From an uncultured bacterium (GTDB lineage Bacteria > Patescibacteriota > Doudnabacteria > UBA920): 64,000 nucleotides of DNA. Of this stretch, positions 46,917 through 56,564 are shown one piece after another (positions within the stretch are counted from its first letter, which is position 1; each line of letters begins with the position of its first letter). The DNA lies in NCBI GenBank assembly GCA_963749445.1, contig CAVVMJ010000010.1:254021-318020 (forward strand). Direction: 5' to 3'. Below the pieces are notes generated by a model. The model did no database searches. It was given only the letters and a program-made list of their open reading frames with translations, and was not told the origin of the DNA. A program made the translations under genes and the position numbers.

Positions 46917-47967
46917 TCAACCCGCGCATGGCCAATCCCACGGCAGTGGCAAATCCCAAGGATTCGCCCGGATCTAAAGGCTGCGACTTTAACCCCAAAA
47001 TCCCCTGCCAGGGATTGCCCAGCTCCACGGGCGGGCTGCCGAACTCGCTGAACTGCGGGCTTAAAAACTCGGGCAAATTTTTTAGCCGGGCGGCGCCGCC
47101 CGCCAATAAAATTTTCTTAACCTGCTTGCCGGAATGCTCGCCGTGGAACCTTAAAATGCTTTTGATCTCCGCGCTGAGATTGTTCAGCACCGGCAGTAGC
47201 GCGATTTTGATATTCGGGTAGTCGGCGGTGTTGGCAATACCCACTTTCTTTTTGATTTCCTCGGCCTTGACGTTGGATACACCCAAAATTTTGGCAATAT
47301 TCTCGGTAAAATTATTACCGGCAATGGGCACAGTGGAAGTGAACTGTAAATTTCCATCCTCCACCATGACCAGGCTGCTGCGAAACGCGTCCAAATCCAC
47401 AATCAATACCGTGTCCCGGCCGCCGGGCGGCAATAATGCCCGCAGGCAGCTTTGCGACTCCACCTCCAAGGCCGCAGCCTTGACGCCGGCACTGTCCAAC
47501 AGCGACAAATATTGGTCCACAAAATCCTTTGGGGAAGCCACAATTAAAATATTAAGCTTGCCCTCGCTGCTGCCGATTTTTTGCCAGTCCAAATCGACCT
47601 GGTCCACGGGCAAAGGGATAAAACTTTCGGCTTCCACCGGCACCGCGGACTGCGCCTCACTGTCGCTCATTTGGGGAATCTGAATAACCCGGACAAAGGA
47701 CTTGGATTCCGGAAGGCTGACGACGGCGTAATCAGTGTGCAGCTGCCCGTGCTGGCACTTCTGCAAACTGGCTTTCAACATTTGGCTAAAGGCTTTGCCG
47801 TCGGCAAAAGCTTCGTTGACTATCATGCCCTTAGGCAGCGGCACGTCGCTAAAGGCGCGCAGTTTGACTTCCTTGCCGCTCTTGCCCAGCTCCAAAATCT
47901 TCAAGGCGCTGCCGCTGACGTCCAAACCAAAGGCTTTTTTTTGATTGCTAAACAGTTGCCAGGACAT
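46912..47967 (-). CDS. pilM: type IV pilus assembly protein PilM (actin-like ATPase fold)
   Basis: 351 aa, with PilM/FtsA-like motifs throughout. Confidence 0.8.
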   Translation of the reverse strand: MSWQLFSNQKKAFGLDVSGSALKILELGKSGKEVKLRAFSDVPLPKGMIVNEAFADGKAFSQMLKASLQKCQHGQLHTDYAVVSLPESKSFVRVIQIPQMSDSEAQSAVPVEAESFIPLPVDQVDLDWQKIGSSEGKLNILIVASPKDFVDQYLSLLDSAGVKAAALEVESQSCLRALLPPGGRDTVLIVDLDAFRSSLVMVEDGNLQFTSTVPIAGNNFTENIAKILGVSNVKAEEIKKKVGIANTADYPNIKIALLPVLNNLSAEIKSILRFHGEHSGKQVKKILLAGGAARLKNLPEFLSPQFSEFGSPPVELGNPWQGILGLKSQPLDPGESLGFATAVGLAMRGLN

Positions 47968-48185
47968 ATTTACCCGCCTAAATTTGCAATTAGCTATAAA
48001 TAATTTTTAAATTTGATAAATCCAATCCAATTAGACTCTATTTCCTAAACCCAGAGCAAATTTCGGCGGGTTAACTCCGCCTAAATTTTGCCTTAGTTTG
48101 TAAAGTTTATTTTTAATTCCACCCACTAAACTATTATTTTTGCAAAGATGATAAAAATTTCGCAAAATTTTGGCGGGTAAATTAA
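47968..48185. promoter_or_regulatory. conserved leader element of about 210 bp (copy E1), upstream of pilM
   Basis: Block-wise conserved with 51635..51860 (upstream of pilB). Shared blocks: TTTACCCGCCTAAATTTGC, AAATCCAATCCAATTA, GGCGGGTTAACTCCGCCTAAATTTTGCC, TTTTGCAAAG, TTTTCGCAAAATTTTGGCGGGTRAATT. Internal GGCGG/CCGCC dyads. Confidence 0.7.
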
Positions 48186-49393
48186 TTAATATTCTGCGCT
48201 ATCTGGTAAATCGGCGCAATCAGCGCCATGGCCAGCACGCCCACCACGCCGCCGATCACCAACAGCAAAAGCGGTTCAATAATGGACGACAGGTTCTTGA
48301 GGGTGTCATCGACTTGGCCTTCATAATGCTCAGCCAACTGGCCTAACATATCTTCCACCGTGCCGCTCTCCTCCCCCACCTCCAGCATCTGCACCACAAT
48401 GACCGGAAACAAATTGGGATCTTTGCCCAGCGACTCGGTTAAGGGCTTGCCTAACTTGACGTCAACCGCGGCTGCTGCGACCAAGTCTTGATACCAGACA
48501 TTGCCCATGGAATCAGCCGAAACTTCCAAACCCTGGACAATGGGAATGCCGCTTTTCAGCAGGGAGCTCAAAATGCGCGCAAACCGCGCCAGATTAATTT
48601 TTTTGATAATGCCGTTAACGACCAAAAAATGCAGCAGCAGCCAGTCAAGGACCCGTCCTCCGAAAGAAGTTCTGATAAAAGCTATTACTCCCGCCACCAA
48701 ACCGAACATCAGCCCGATGACCAGCGCCGCGTGATGGCTCATAAAGTCAGAAAAAGCGATGACGACTTTGGTGGTAAGCGGTAAATCGCCGGTGCCGAAG
48801 TCCGAAAGCGTGGAGGTTAAGCTGGGCAGGACGAAAATTGACAAAAACACGCCGATGATAATCATAGCCGAAACAATTACCGAAGGATAAATCATGGCGC
48901 CCCGAACCTTGGAACGCAGGTCGGCGTCTCGCTGCAGCTGGATGGTCAAATATTCCAAACTCTTTTCCAAATTTCCGGAAATCTCGCCGACTTTGATCAT
49001 GCTCACAAAAATGTTAGAAAAATTATGCGGATATTTACTAAGAGCCTCGCCCAGGCTTTTGCCCGATTCCACCTGCCCGGCAATATCGCTTAATATGTTC
49101 TTAAACCTGGGGTTTTTGGTCTGCTTGACCTGAATGCTCAAGGCTCGGCTGACCGCAATTCCGGCTTTGAGCATAATGCCCAAATTTTCCGCAAAGCCTA
49201 TCTTTTCCGCAAAGCTGACCGTGCCGAGTTTCTGCAATTGGTCCAAAAACGAAAGCCCCTTGTGTTCCTCCAGCAAAGTCGGCAGAAGGCCCCGCTCTTT
49301 CAGCAAATGGCCGGCGGCGGCCAAATTGCCGGCGGCAATCATGCCGCTTTCGCGGTGCCCGTCTTTAGTTATGGCGTTATATGTAAAATCCAT
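48182..49393 (-). CDS. pilC: type IV pilus assembly / type II secretion platform protein PilC (GspF family)
   Basis: 403 aa with two T2SSF repeats and three TMS. Confidence 0.85.
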   Translation of the reverse strand: MDFTYNAITKDGHRESGMIAAGNLAAAGHLLKERGLLPTLLEEHKGLSFLDQLQKLGTVSFAEKIGFAENLGIMLKAGIAVSRALSIQVKQTKNPRFKNILSDIAGQVESGKSLGEALSKYPHNFSNIFVSMIKVGEISGNLEKSLEYLTIQLQRDADLRSKVRGAMIYPSVIVSAMIIIGVFLSIFVLPSLTSTLSDFGTGDLPLTTKVVIAFSDFMSHHAALVIGLMFGLVAGVIAFIRTSFGGRVLDWLLLHFLVVNGIIKKINLARFARILSSLLKSGIPIVQGLEVSADSMGNVWYQDLVAAAAVDVKLGKPLTESLGKDPNLFPVIVVQMLEVGEESGTVEDMLGQLAEHYEGQVDDTLKNLSSIIEPLLLLVIGGVVGVLAMALIAPIYQIAQNIN

Positions 49394-49438
49394 TGTGGGA
49401 TTGACAAGAATTAAAAGATTTAAATGATTGACAAGAAT

Positions 49439-49828
49439 TTAAGACAATTTGCCCGGGTGATTTTTTATTGAAGTATTTCTGGAAGACGTCATAATGGCAG
49501 TTAATTCATCAGCTTCCTTAAGCAAATCTTGAACTAAAGAAAGCGGAACTACGCCTGACGCGACCAAAAGTTCCAGCCAGCCCAAAGTCTCGTCAGCCTC
49601 TTCAACCACGGTACCCATTTTTGAAATAAAATCCTTGGCTGACTTACATCTGCATACCGCTCGATAATTACCGAAAACACCCGTACCAGAACGTAAAACC
49701 TGGTCGCCCAGCTTCCTTCCGACATTGCCGCAATTCTTTTCCAAATACTGGGCAAGTTTTATAATCTTAATTGCGAATTGTTTTGTTTTTTCCTTTAATT
49801 CTTTTGGATCCATAATTTTTAAAATCAT
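49439..49828 (-). CDS. four-helix-bundle protein (formerly 23S rRNA intervening-sequence protein family, PF05635)
   Basis: 129 aa. LAQYLEKNCGNVGRKLGDQVLRSGTGVFGNYRAVCRCKSAKDFISKMGTVVEEADETLGWLELL is the family pattern. Inserted between pilB and pilC. Confidence 0.8.
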   Translation of the reverse strand: MILKIMDPKELKEKTKQFAIKIIKLAQYLEKNCGNVGRKLGDQVLRSGTGVFGNYRAVCRCKSAKDFISKMGTVVEEADETLGWLELLVASGVVPLSLVQDLLKEADELTAIMTSSRNTSIKNHPGKLS

Positions 49829-49882
49829 GTCGCCGCTTCAATCATGTCAATCTTTTAAATCATGTCAATCTTGTCAATCACA

Positions 49883-51634
49883 CTACTCTTTGCTCACCCG
49901 CACAATTTCTTCCACCGTCGTTATCCCCTTGGCCGCTTTTATAAAACCGTCCTCCCACATCAAAACCATGCCCTCCTTTTCCCCCTGCTCCTGGATTTCC
50001 GGCGCGCTATTGTGGGCCATGATCATCTGCGAAATGGCCGGGCTGACTTCCAGAATTTCGTGGATGCCGACGCGGCCGCGGTAGCCGGTATGGCTACACT
50101 TGTCGCAGCCTTCGCCTTTGAAAAATTGGATGTCCGCCAATGATTTGGCTTTTTCGGGCGCCGCACCGCGCCGCGCCAAAACCGGCAGGAGTTTTTCCAA
50201 ATGGAATTGCTTGGCCAGGCTGCCGAGCACAACCTCGTCCAGCTTAATGGCCGCTTTGCAGTCCTTGCAGATCACGCGGACCAGGCGCTGCGCCAGCACC
50301 GCGTTGATGGTGGAAGAGATCAAGTAAGGCTCCACGCCGATGTCCAAAAGCCGGGGCAAAGCCGAGGCCGCGTCGTTGGTGTGGAGAGTGGAAAACACAA
50401 TGTGGCCGGTCATGGCCGCGTGTACCGCTTCTTCGGCCGTTTCCTTGTCGCGGATTTCGCCGATCATAATGATATTCGGGTCCTGCCGCAGAAGCGCCCT
50501 TAGGCCGATGTCAAAAGTCAGGCCGATTTTGGGGTTGATTTGCATCTGGTTGGCGCCGACCAGCCGGTATTCCACCGGGTCTTCAATGGTGGAAATGTTC
50601 ACGCTCTTGGTATTCAGCATGCTCAAGACCGTATACAGCGTGGTGGATTTGCCGCTGCCCGTGGGGCCGGTCACCAGCATCATGCCGTGCGGCTTTTTGA
50701 TGTTGCGCGTAATCAGGTCAATGCCTTCCGGCTCAAAACCTAAATCTTCCAAAGACGCGGCCTTGGCTGACTCGTCCAGCAGGCGGATGACGACTTTTTC
50801 CCCGTCGAAAATCGGGATCGCGGACACGCGCATGGAAAATTTATAGCCTTCCTTTTCAATCTTAAACCGGCCGTCCTGGGGCAGGCGATGCTCGTCAATT
50901 TTTAAATTGGTCAAAACCTTGATGCGCGCCACAATCGCCGCCTGGATGACTTTGGGCAAAGTCATAACGTCATGGAGCACGCCGTCAATGCGGTAACGGA
51001 CAATCACCGCATTCTCCTGCGGCTCAATGTGGATGTCGGAAGCTTTTTCAAAAATCGCATACTCAATTAACGTGTCCACCACGCGGATGACGGGGATTTC
51101 CTCGGCCATTTTTTTCAGGCCGTCCTCGGCGCTCTCCCCTTCCGGACTGGCTTTCAACGGCTTGTCGGAACCTGTGAACAGGTGTTTGATTTCCTTTTCC
51201 AGGCTGGAGTGGTATTTGGACAGGCCGAACTCCAAACTGCTTTTGCCAATGAGAAAAATTTTAATCTTCAGGCCGGTCTTTTTTTGGATGAATTCCTTGG
51301 TCTGCAGGTCCGACGGGTCGGTCATAGCCAATGACAGGTCTTCCTTGGTTTTGGCGAAACTGATGACCTGATGACGATGGGCAATCGGCTCGGGCACCAG
51401 ATTGAGCACGTCCTGGGCAATGGTTTCGTTGCGCAAATCCACCACCGGCGCGCCCGTGGCTTCGCTTTTTATGGCCAAAAGCTGGTCTTCGGTCACGATT
51501 TTTTTCTCAACCAAAAAATCTTCCCACGACGTAGGCGCCTTTTGGGAATTTAAATCCTTTTCCAGCTGGGCGATGCTGGCATCGGTCAAAAGCTTTTTGC
51601 TTTTTAACACTAAATTGAGTTCCTTTTTATCCAT
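49883..51634 (-). CDS. pilB: type IV pilus assembly ATPase PilB (GspE family) with N-terminal GSPII_E_N domains
   Basis: 583 aa. Walker A GPTGSGKST, Asp and His boxes, and a tetracysteine motif (CKDC...CDKC). Confidence 0.9.
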   Translation of the reverse strand: MDKKELNLVLKSKKLLTDASIAQLEKDLNSQKAPTSWEDFLVEKKIVTEDQLLAIKSEATGAPVVDLRNETIAQDVLNLVPEPIAHRHQVISFAKTKEDLSLAMTDPSDLQTKEFIQKKTGLKIKIFLIGKSSLEFGLSKYHSSLEKEIKHLFTGSDKPLKASPEGESAEDGLKKMAEEIPVIRVVDTLIEYAIFEKASDIHIEPQENAVIVRYRIDGVLHDVMTLPKVIQAAIVARIKVLTNLKIDEHRLPQDGRFKIEKEGYKFSMRVSAIPIFDGEKVVIRLLDESAKAASLEDLGFEPEGIDLITRNIKKPHGMMLVTGPTGSGKSTTLYTVLSMLNTKSVNISTIEDPVEYRLVGANQMQINPKIGLTFDIGLRALLRQDPNIIMIGEIRDKETAEEAVHAAMTGHIVFSTLHTNDAASALPRLLDIGVEPYLISSTINAVLAQRLVRVICKDCKAAIKLDEVVLGSLAKQFHLEKLLPVLARRGAAPEKAKSLADIQFFKGEGCDKCSHTGYRGRVGIHEILEVSPAISQMIMAHNSAPEIQEQGEKEGMVLMWEDGFIKAAKGITTVEEIVRVSKE

Positions 51635-51860
51635 TTACCCGCCTAAATTTGCGGTTACCCACAAATAATTTTTAAATTTATTCAAAATCCAATCCAATTA
51701 ATTCAAACTCTGTTTGTTATCAGGGCAAATTTTGACGGGTTAACTCCGCCTAAATTTTGCCCAAATTGGCAAATTTATATTCTCAACCGCCAAAATTGTC
51801 ATTTTGCAAAGCTTATCGAGAGTTTTCGCAAAATTTTGGCGGGTGAATTTTTTGTTTCAA
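51635..51860. promoter_or_regulatory. conserved leader element of about 210 bp (copy E2), upstream of pilB
   Basis: See 47968..48185. Confidence 0.7.
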
Positions 51861-51957
51861 TGTTGCTGATTTGCCTATTCATTATACCACAAACCTTGCC
51901 AAACGCGCAAAAATAGCACCACTGATAAAAAATATGCGCTCCGCGGCGGCAAAATTA

Positions 51958-52359
51958 TCAGTGGATGAATAAAGCGATAAACATGGCCGTAAAGTTGGCG
52001 GCCGAAATCACGCACCAGGTGCAGAAAGCGCGCAACACAAAGGCTTGGATAAAAGTAAAGTATACGGAGAACAAAAAGCCAAACACAACCACGGCCTTCA
52101 CCAGCCACGGCGCGGCCAGGCCGATGGCGGCAAAATAAGTCAACCCAATAATGGCCAAATACATCAGCAAACCCAAAAACGGATTCGGCACGCCGAACGT
52201 CTTGCTGAATTTGCTGTACTGCACTTTTTTGCACCACTCGGCCGGAAACCACCAGCACGCTACGTCCGTGCGCTTTATGGCATGATAGGATAAATAAACA
52301 GTATCCACCAAACCAACGACGGAAAAAAGATAAAACTCCATCGCCGTTCCCTGGTTCAT
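51958..52359 (-). CDS. vitamin K epoxide reductase (VKOR) family protein
   Basis: 133 aa, 4 TMS. A loop Cys pair (CWWFPAEWC) and the TM4 CTWC redox motif. Confidence 0.7.
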   Translation of the reverse strand: MNQGTAMEFYLFSVVGLVDTVYLSYHAIKRTDVACWWFPAEWCKKVQYSKFSKTFGVPNPFLGLLMYLAIIGLTYFAAIGLAAPWLVKAVVVFGFLFSVYFTFIQAFVLRAFCTWCVISAANFTAMFIALFIH

Positions 52360-52493
52360 ATATTTTATTTTTTGTTTTAATGATAAATCTATAACCTTTC
52401 AGAACTTGCCCTGCGGGCCAAATGGTGGAAATGACCCGCAGCGATTGCGGGTCATTATCGTCCCTGCCTTTCGGCTACGCTCAAAACTGCGGC

Positions 52494-53807
52494 CTAGCGG
52501 CCTTGCCAGGTAAAAATATAATACAAGGTCTTTAGGATAATCTCCAAGTCAAACAGTACGCTGCGGTGCTTAATGTAATACAAATCGTACTGCAGCTTGA
52601 GCCTGGTTTCCTCCAGACTGGCGGCGTAGACGTTGTTGATTTGCGCCCAGCCGGTCAGTCCCGGCTTGACCAAATGGCGCTCGTCGTAAAACGGGATATG
52701 CTGTTTCAGTTCTTCAACGATGTGCGGCTGTTCCGGCCTCGGTCCGACCAAACTCATATTGCCAAGCAGCAAATTAATAAACTGCGGCCACTCGTCAACG
52801 CGCGACATGCGCAAAAAGCGCCCAACTTTGGTAATGCGCGGGTCATTAGCGCTTGTCCAGGTATTGGTCGCTCCCCACGACTGCATAGTGCGGTATTTAT
52901 AAACCTTGAAGACTTTGTTGTTTTTGCCTACGCGCTCTTGGACAAAAAAAATCGCGCCGCGCGAAGTGAACTTAATCAGCAAAGCAATCACGGGAAAAGT
53001 CACGGCAAAAACTACGCCGGCAGTCAAGCCGACAACCAAATCGATTATTCTTTTTAATAAATTGTAAAACCGTTTCTCTCGGTAATCGATGTTTTCCAAA
53101 AACCACAGCTCGCTGATCTGGGACAAATAGACGCGGCGCAGCAAGCTTTCGTAAAAATCCTTGTAATTGTAAAAATCCACTCCCGACCGCCTGAGCTCGT
53201 AAAATTTCTTCAGCACCTCCGGCCGCTCGCCTAAATTGTCGGGCAAGACAATGGCCGCGCCTTTGGAAAGCGCCGCCTCGGGCAGGCTCTGGCCGCTGAT
53301 GTGCCCGAGCACCCTAAAACCCAAATAGTTGTGGTGCGCGATTTCCTGCTCCAGCTCGCGCAGTTCGTTGTTAAAAGAAAACAAATACACGCCTTGGGAA
53401 ATCCGGTTCTTGATTAAATACTTAATGAGCAGGTGCCAGCCCAAAATCAACACGAAAGAGACGGCCGCGTCAATCAACAAAAACCTTCTGGGCGTGAAAA
53501 TCAGCAACGGCTGGAAGTAGAAAAAAATGATGGCCGCCAAAACGTTAAACATCATGGCGGAAACCAGGCTGAACACCAGACTGGTGTAACGACGCAGGGA
53601 AGAAAAATCAAACAAGCCGTGGATAAAAAAAATCACGGCCCAGACCAAATAAATCAAGGAAAACAGCCGCAGATGGTTTAGCCAGACCAAAGGCGAAAGG
53701 CCGCCGCCGTAGCGGATTTGAACCGTCAACCACAAACTTAAATAGAGCAGCAGGACGTCGGGCAGCAGGATGATGAGAAAATTTTTGGGCTTATTTACGC
53801 TGGCCAT
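52494..53807 (-). CDS. polyprenyl glycosylphosphotransferase (bacterial sugar transferase, WbaP/CpsE-like), initiating enzyme of exopolysaccharide synthesis
   Basis: 437 aa. N-terminal TMS, and a C-terminal Bac_transf domain (VGKNNKVFKVYKYRTM ... DEWPQFINLLLGNMSLVGPRPE). Confidence 0.85.
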   Translation of the reverse strand: MASVNKPKNFLIILLPDVLLLYLSLWLTVQIRYGGGLSPLVWLNHLRLFSLIYLVWAVIFFIHGLFDFSSLRRYTSLVFSLVSAMMFNVLAAIIFFYFQPLLIFTPRRFLLIDAAVSFVLILGWHLLIKYLIKNRISQGVYLFSFNNELRELEQEIAHHNYLGFRVLGHISGQSLPEAALSKGAAIVLPDNLGERPEVLKKFYELRRSGVDFYNYKDFYESLLRRVYLSQISELWFLENIDYREKRFYNLLKRIIDLVVGLTAGVVFAVTFPVIALLIKFTSRGAIFFVQERVGKNNKVFKVYKYRTMQSWGATNTWTSANDPRITKVGRFLRMSRVDEWPQFINLLLGNMSLVGPRPEQPHIVEELKQHIPFYDERHLVKPGLTGWAQINNVYAASLEETRLKLQYDLYYIKHRSVLFDLEIILKTLYYIFTWQGR

Positions 53808-53826
53808 AAGCTGATTATAGCAAAAA

Positions 53827-54609
53827 TCAGCGGTTTTTGAAACGCCGCCAAATTGGCCCGGCGCCCCACAATTGCAGGCGCCATTTTAGCCTTGCCCAAA
53901 AATAGTTCGGATAAAAATCGCGGTATTGTTTAATCAGCCGTAAAATAGCGCGGATTTGGAACCGGTTTTGGCGTCGCGTAATCCCTTGTTCATTTAAACG
54001 GTGTCCGACCATTACATCGGGCAGATTAGCCAACCGGCCCTTTTGGCCCAAGCGCAACCACAAGGCGTAATCTTCCACGTGAAGATCTTCGGCGCGATAA
54101 CCGCCTGCCTGCAACAAGGCCGATTTTCTGATAACGACGGAGCTGTGCACAAAACAATTATGGAGCAAAATTTCCTTGCGGATTTGGCTATCGTTGGCGG
54201 GCGGGCGGAAGTCGTAAAGTTTTTTGCCCGATGCGGCGGTTACCACAGCGCCGGTGCCGACTAAATTACAATCAGGATGCTCCCGCAAAAATAAGATTTG
54301 CTTAGCCAGCTTTTCGCGGCCTGGCCAAACGTCGTCCGCATCCAGCCGCGCCAGTAATTCACCGCGGGCAGCACCCACGGCATCATTAAGCGACTTTACC
54401 AATCCCAAATTTTGCGCGTGACTGATAAGTACCACGCGGCTGTCACGGTTTTGGAATCGCGCAACAATGTCCGGCGTGTTATCGGCGGAACCGTCATTGA
54501 CAATAACCAGTTCCCAATCGGCGAATGACTGATTAAACACACTTTGCACAGCCGTCTCTAAATCGCGGTCGCCGTTATACACCGGCAAAATTATGGAAAC
54601 TTGGGGCAT
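53827..54609 (-). CDS. glycosyltransferase family 2
   Basis: IILPVYNGDRDLETAVQSV ... NDGSADNT ... LDADD motif set. Confidence 0.8.
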   Translation of the reverse strand: MPQVSIILPVYNGDRDLETAVQSVFNQSFADWELVIVNDGSADNTPDIVARFQNRDSRVVLISHAQNLGLVKSLNDAVGAARGELLARLDADDVWPGREKLAKQILFLREHPDCNLVGTGAVVTAASGKKLYDFRPPANDSQIRKEILLHNCFVHSSVVIRKSALLQAGGYRAEDLHVEDYALWLRLGQKGRLANLPDVMVGHRLNEQGITRRQNRFQIRAILRLIKQYRDFYPNYFWARLKWRLQLWGAGPIWRRFKNR

Positions 54610-54654
54610 AGATTAATTCACCAATGCTTTTTAATAAACCATTCTAAACTCTTA

Positions 54655-54720
54655 CTGTCATTCCGGATATTTTTGCCTGCTTCCGGGACATCATCGGCAG
54701 GCAAAAATATCCGGAATCTA
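54655..54720. repeat. GTCATTCCGGATATTTTTGCCTGC...GCAGGCAAAAATATCCGGAAT hairpin element (family C)
   Basis: Perfect long inverted repeat, visible directly. Confidence 0.6.
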
Positions 54721-54816
54721 GGATTGTACTATTCCTTGTTTCTGGATCCCGCATATTTTTTGGACTGATGAATACCCTTTAGCCAAAAAATTGTGGGATG
54801 ACACTAAGTGGATTGA

Positions 54817-55446
54817 CTAAAGGAAATTCTGGGATCTCGGATCTTTTGCCCAAGCCTGAACGGTTAAGCCGCCGCGGTCTTTATCGGAAATCAGCAAGCC
54901 AGGACTTTTTAAAACCTGTACAAACTTTTTGTGCAAACCCGACTCGCACAAAGACCAGTCAATGTCCTTAGACAACGGCGAAATCCCCTCTTCGCAATCG
55001 GGATTATATTCTCCGGAACAAAAATACTCAATCGCCGTTTCCTCCAAGTAAAAATTCCCGTGGGCGAACCCCGGCGGCAGCCAAATCCATTCCGAAAAAT
55101 CGTTTCTGGGATCCTGCGGCATATTGTACATAATGGCTTTGCCGTAAGCCAGCGAATTTTTGCGGATATCCATCGCAACGTCAATCATGTGGCCAAAAAC
55201 CGTGCGCACCAGTTTGCCGACATAAGGGTTCCACTGGAAATGCAGCCCGCGCGCCGTGCCTTTGCGGGAATAGCTTTCGTTGCTTTGGACAAAATTAACA
55301 TTGCGGATAAAATCCAGCTCCGGCTTGCCGCGAAAATCGCTCTCCCGCCACGGCTCGCTGAAATATCCGCGGCGGTCCAAAAACCTGCCAAACCGGATAA
55401 CCTTGACCTCCGGAAAAACCAAACTTTTTACTTCCAAAATTTTCAT
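54817..55446 (-). CDS. dTDP-4-dehydrorhamnose 3,5-epimerase family protein (RmlC-like cupin)
   Basis: RmlC motifs: FxDxRGxFxE-like (FLDRRGYFSEPW), RGLHFQ, and LPPGFAHG. Confidence 0.75.
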   Translation of the reverse strand: MKILEVKSLVFPEVKVIRFGRFLDRRGYFSEPWRESDFRGKPELDFIRNVNFVQSNESYSRKGTARGLHFQWNPYVGKLVRTVFGHMIDVAMDIRKNSLAYGKAIMYNMPQDPRNDFSEWIWLPPGFAHGNFYLEETAIEYFCSGEYNPDCEEGISPLSKDIDWSLCESGLHKKFVQVLKSPGLLISDKDRGGLTVQAWAKDPRSQNFL

Positions 55447-55570
55447 ATCGTTTTAATCATACCATTTTTTTGCCAACAAAAAAAGCCTTTACATTTAAGG
55501 ATTTTTAGGGTATAATGCTTGGTCACGGCACGAGCCGCGAGACAGTCCACAACCTGGACTGGAGGAAAAA

Positions 55571-56500
55571 TTGCGCAGGCATATTTTTGACACCATTATG
55601 GCCGCCATGAAAGCGGCTATGATGGCAGTCTACGACTACCAGATTGGCAACAGGCGGCTCGTTGCGCCCGCGGAAATTAAGGCGCACGATGCCACGCTGC
55701 TGACGCAGTGCGACAAGGACAGCGATGTTGCTGCCAAAGCGCACCTGCTCACGCTACCGACGGAATACGACATCCAGCCCGAAGACGGCGACGGACGCAC
55801 CACGCCCGGAGCCGAGTATTTAGTCTGGCTGGATAACCTGGACGGCACCCGGCCGTTCACCAACGGCCTGATAACCTCAACTGTTATTTTGGCCGTTTAT
55901 GACTACGCCGTCAGACAACTGGTCTGGTGCGCGATCGGCGAGCCCATTAGCGGGCGCATTTGGATCTCGTCCCTACCCGGACAGGAAACCAAGGGAGCTT
56001 GGTTGGTGGGGATGTCGCACCAAAACCAAACGCTTTCGGTACCACGACCGATCCAAGTTAATGCCGACCCCCTCGACGGCCAAGCCACGGTACTTATGGA
56101 TTTAGCCAAAGGATTCCCGCGCAAGGGCAAAGACAACTCTGTGCGACAAATCCTCACCAACAATCAGGTACACAACCTGATCAACGCCGTCACTGCCCAA
56201 GGCCCATACGTACTGGTCTACCAATCTAACGGTTGCCAGCAGGCTGCCGTGGCCAATGGCGGCGAGAAAATGGTAGCCTCCATTACGACCGCCATGGGCG
56301 GCGAGTGGGACGCGGCGGGCGTGTTGCTGGTTCTGGAAGCCGGCGGCGCGGCGCGGGCGTTTCGGAGGAATGACGACCATACGCTGACCGAAGCCGATCC
56401 GCTCGATCCGTTCAGCTACGACCTGCTGGTCTGCGCCAACAGCAAAACAGCGGCCGACCAACTGGCCGCCACGCTGATCGAGGTATGCAAAATCGTCTAA
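55571..56500 (+). CDS. inositol monophosphatase (IMPase/FIG) family protein
   Basis: Motifs WLDNLDGT and WDAAGVLLVLEAGG. Alternative TTG start. Confidence 0.6.
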   Translation: MRRHIFDTIMAAMKAAMMAVYDYQIGNRRLVAPAEIKAHDATLLTQCDKDSDVAAKAHLLTLPTEYDIQPEDGDGRTTPGAEYLVWLDNLDGTRPFTNGLITSTVILAVYDYAVRQLVWCAIGEPISGRIWISSLPGQETKGAWLVGMSHQNQTLSVPRPIQVNADPLDGQATVLMDLAKGFPRKGKDNSVRQILTNNQVHNLINAVTAQGPYVLVYQSNGCQQAAVANGGEKMVASITTAMGGEWDAAGVLLVLEAGGAARAFRRNDDHTLTEADPLDPFSYDLLVCANSKTAADQLAATLIEVCKIV

Positions 56501-56564
56501 CAATCAAGAGAGCAGGAACGCCGCGTTCGCGCGACGGGCCTGCTCTTCTTCATTTACAAAAAAA

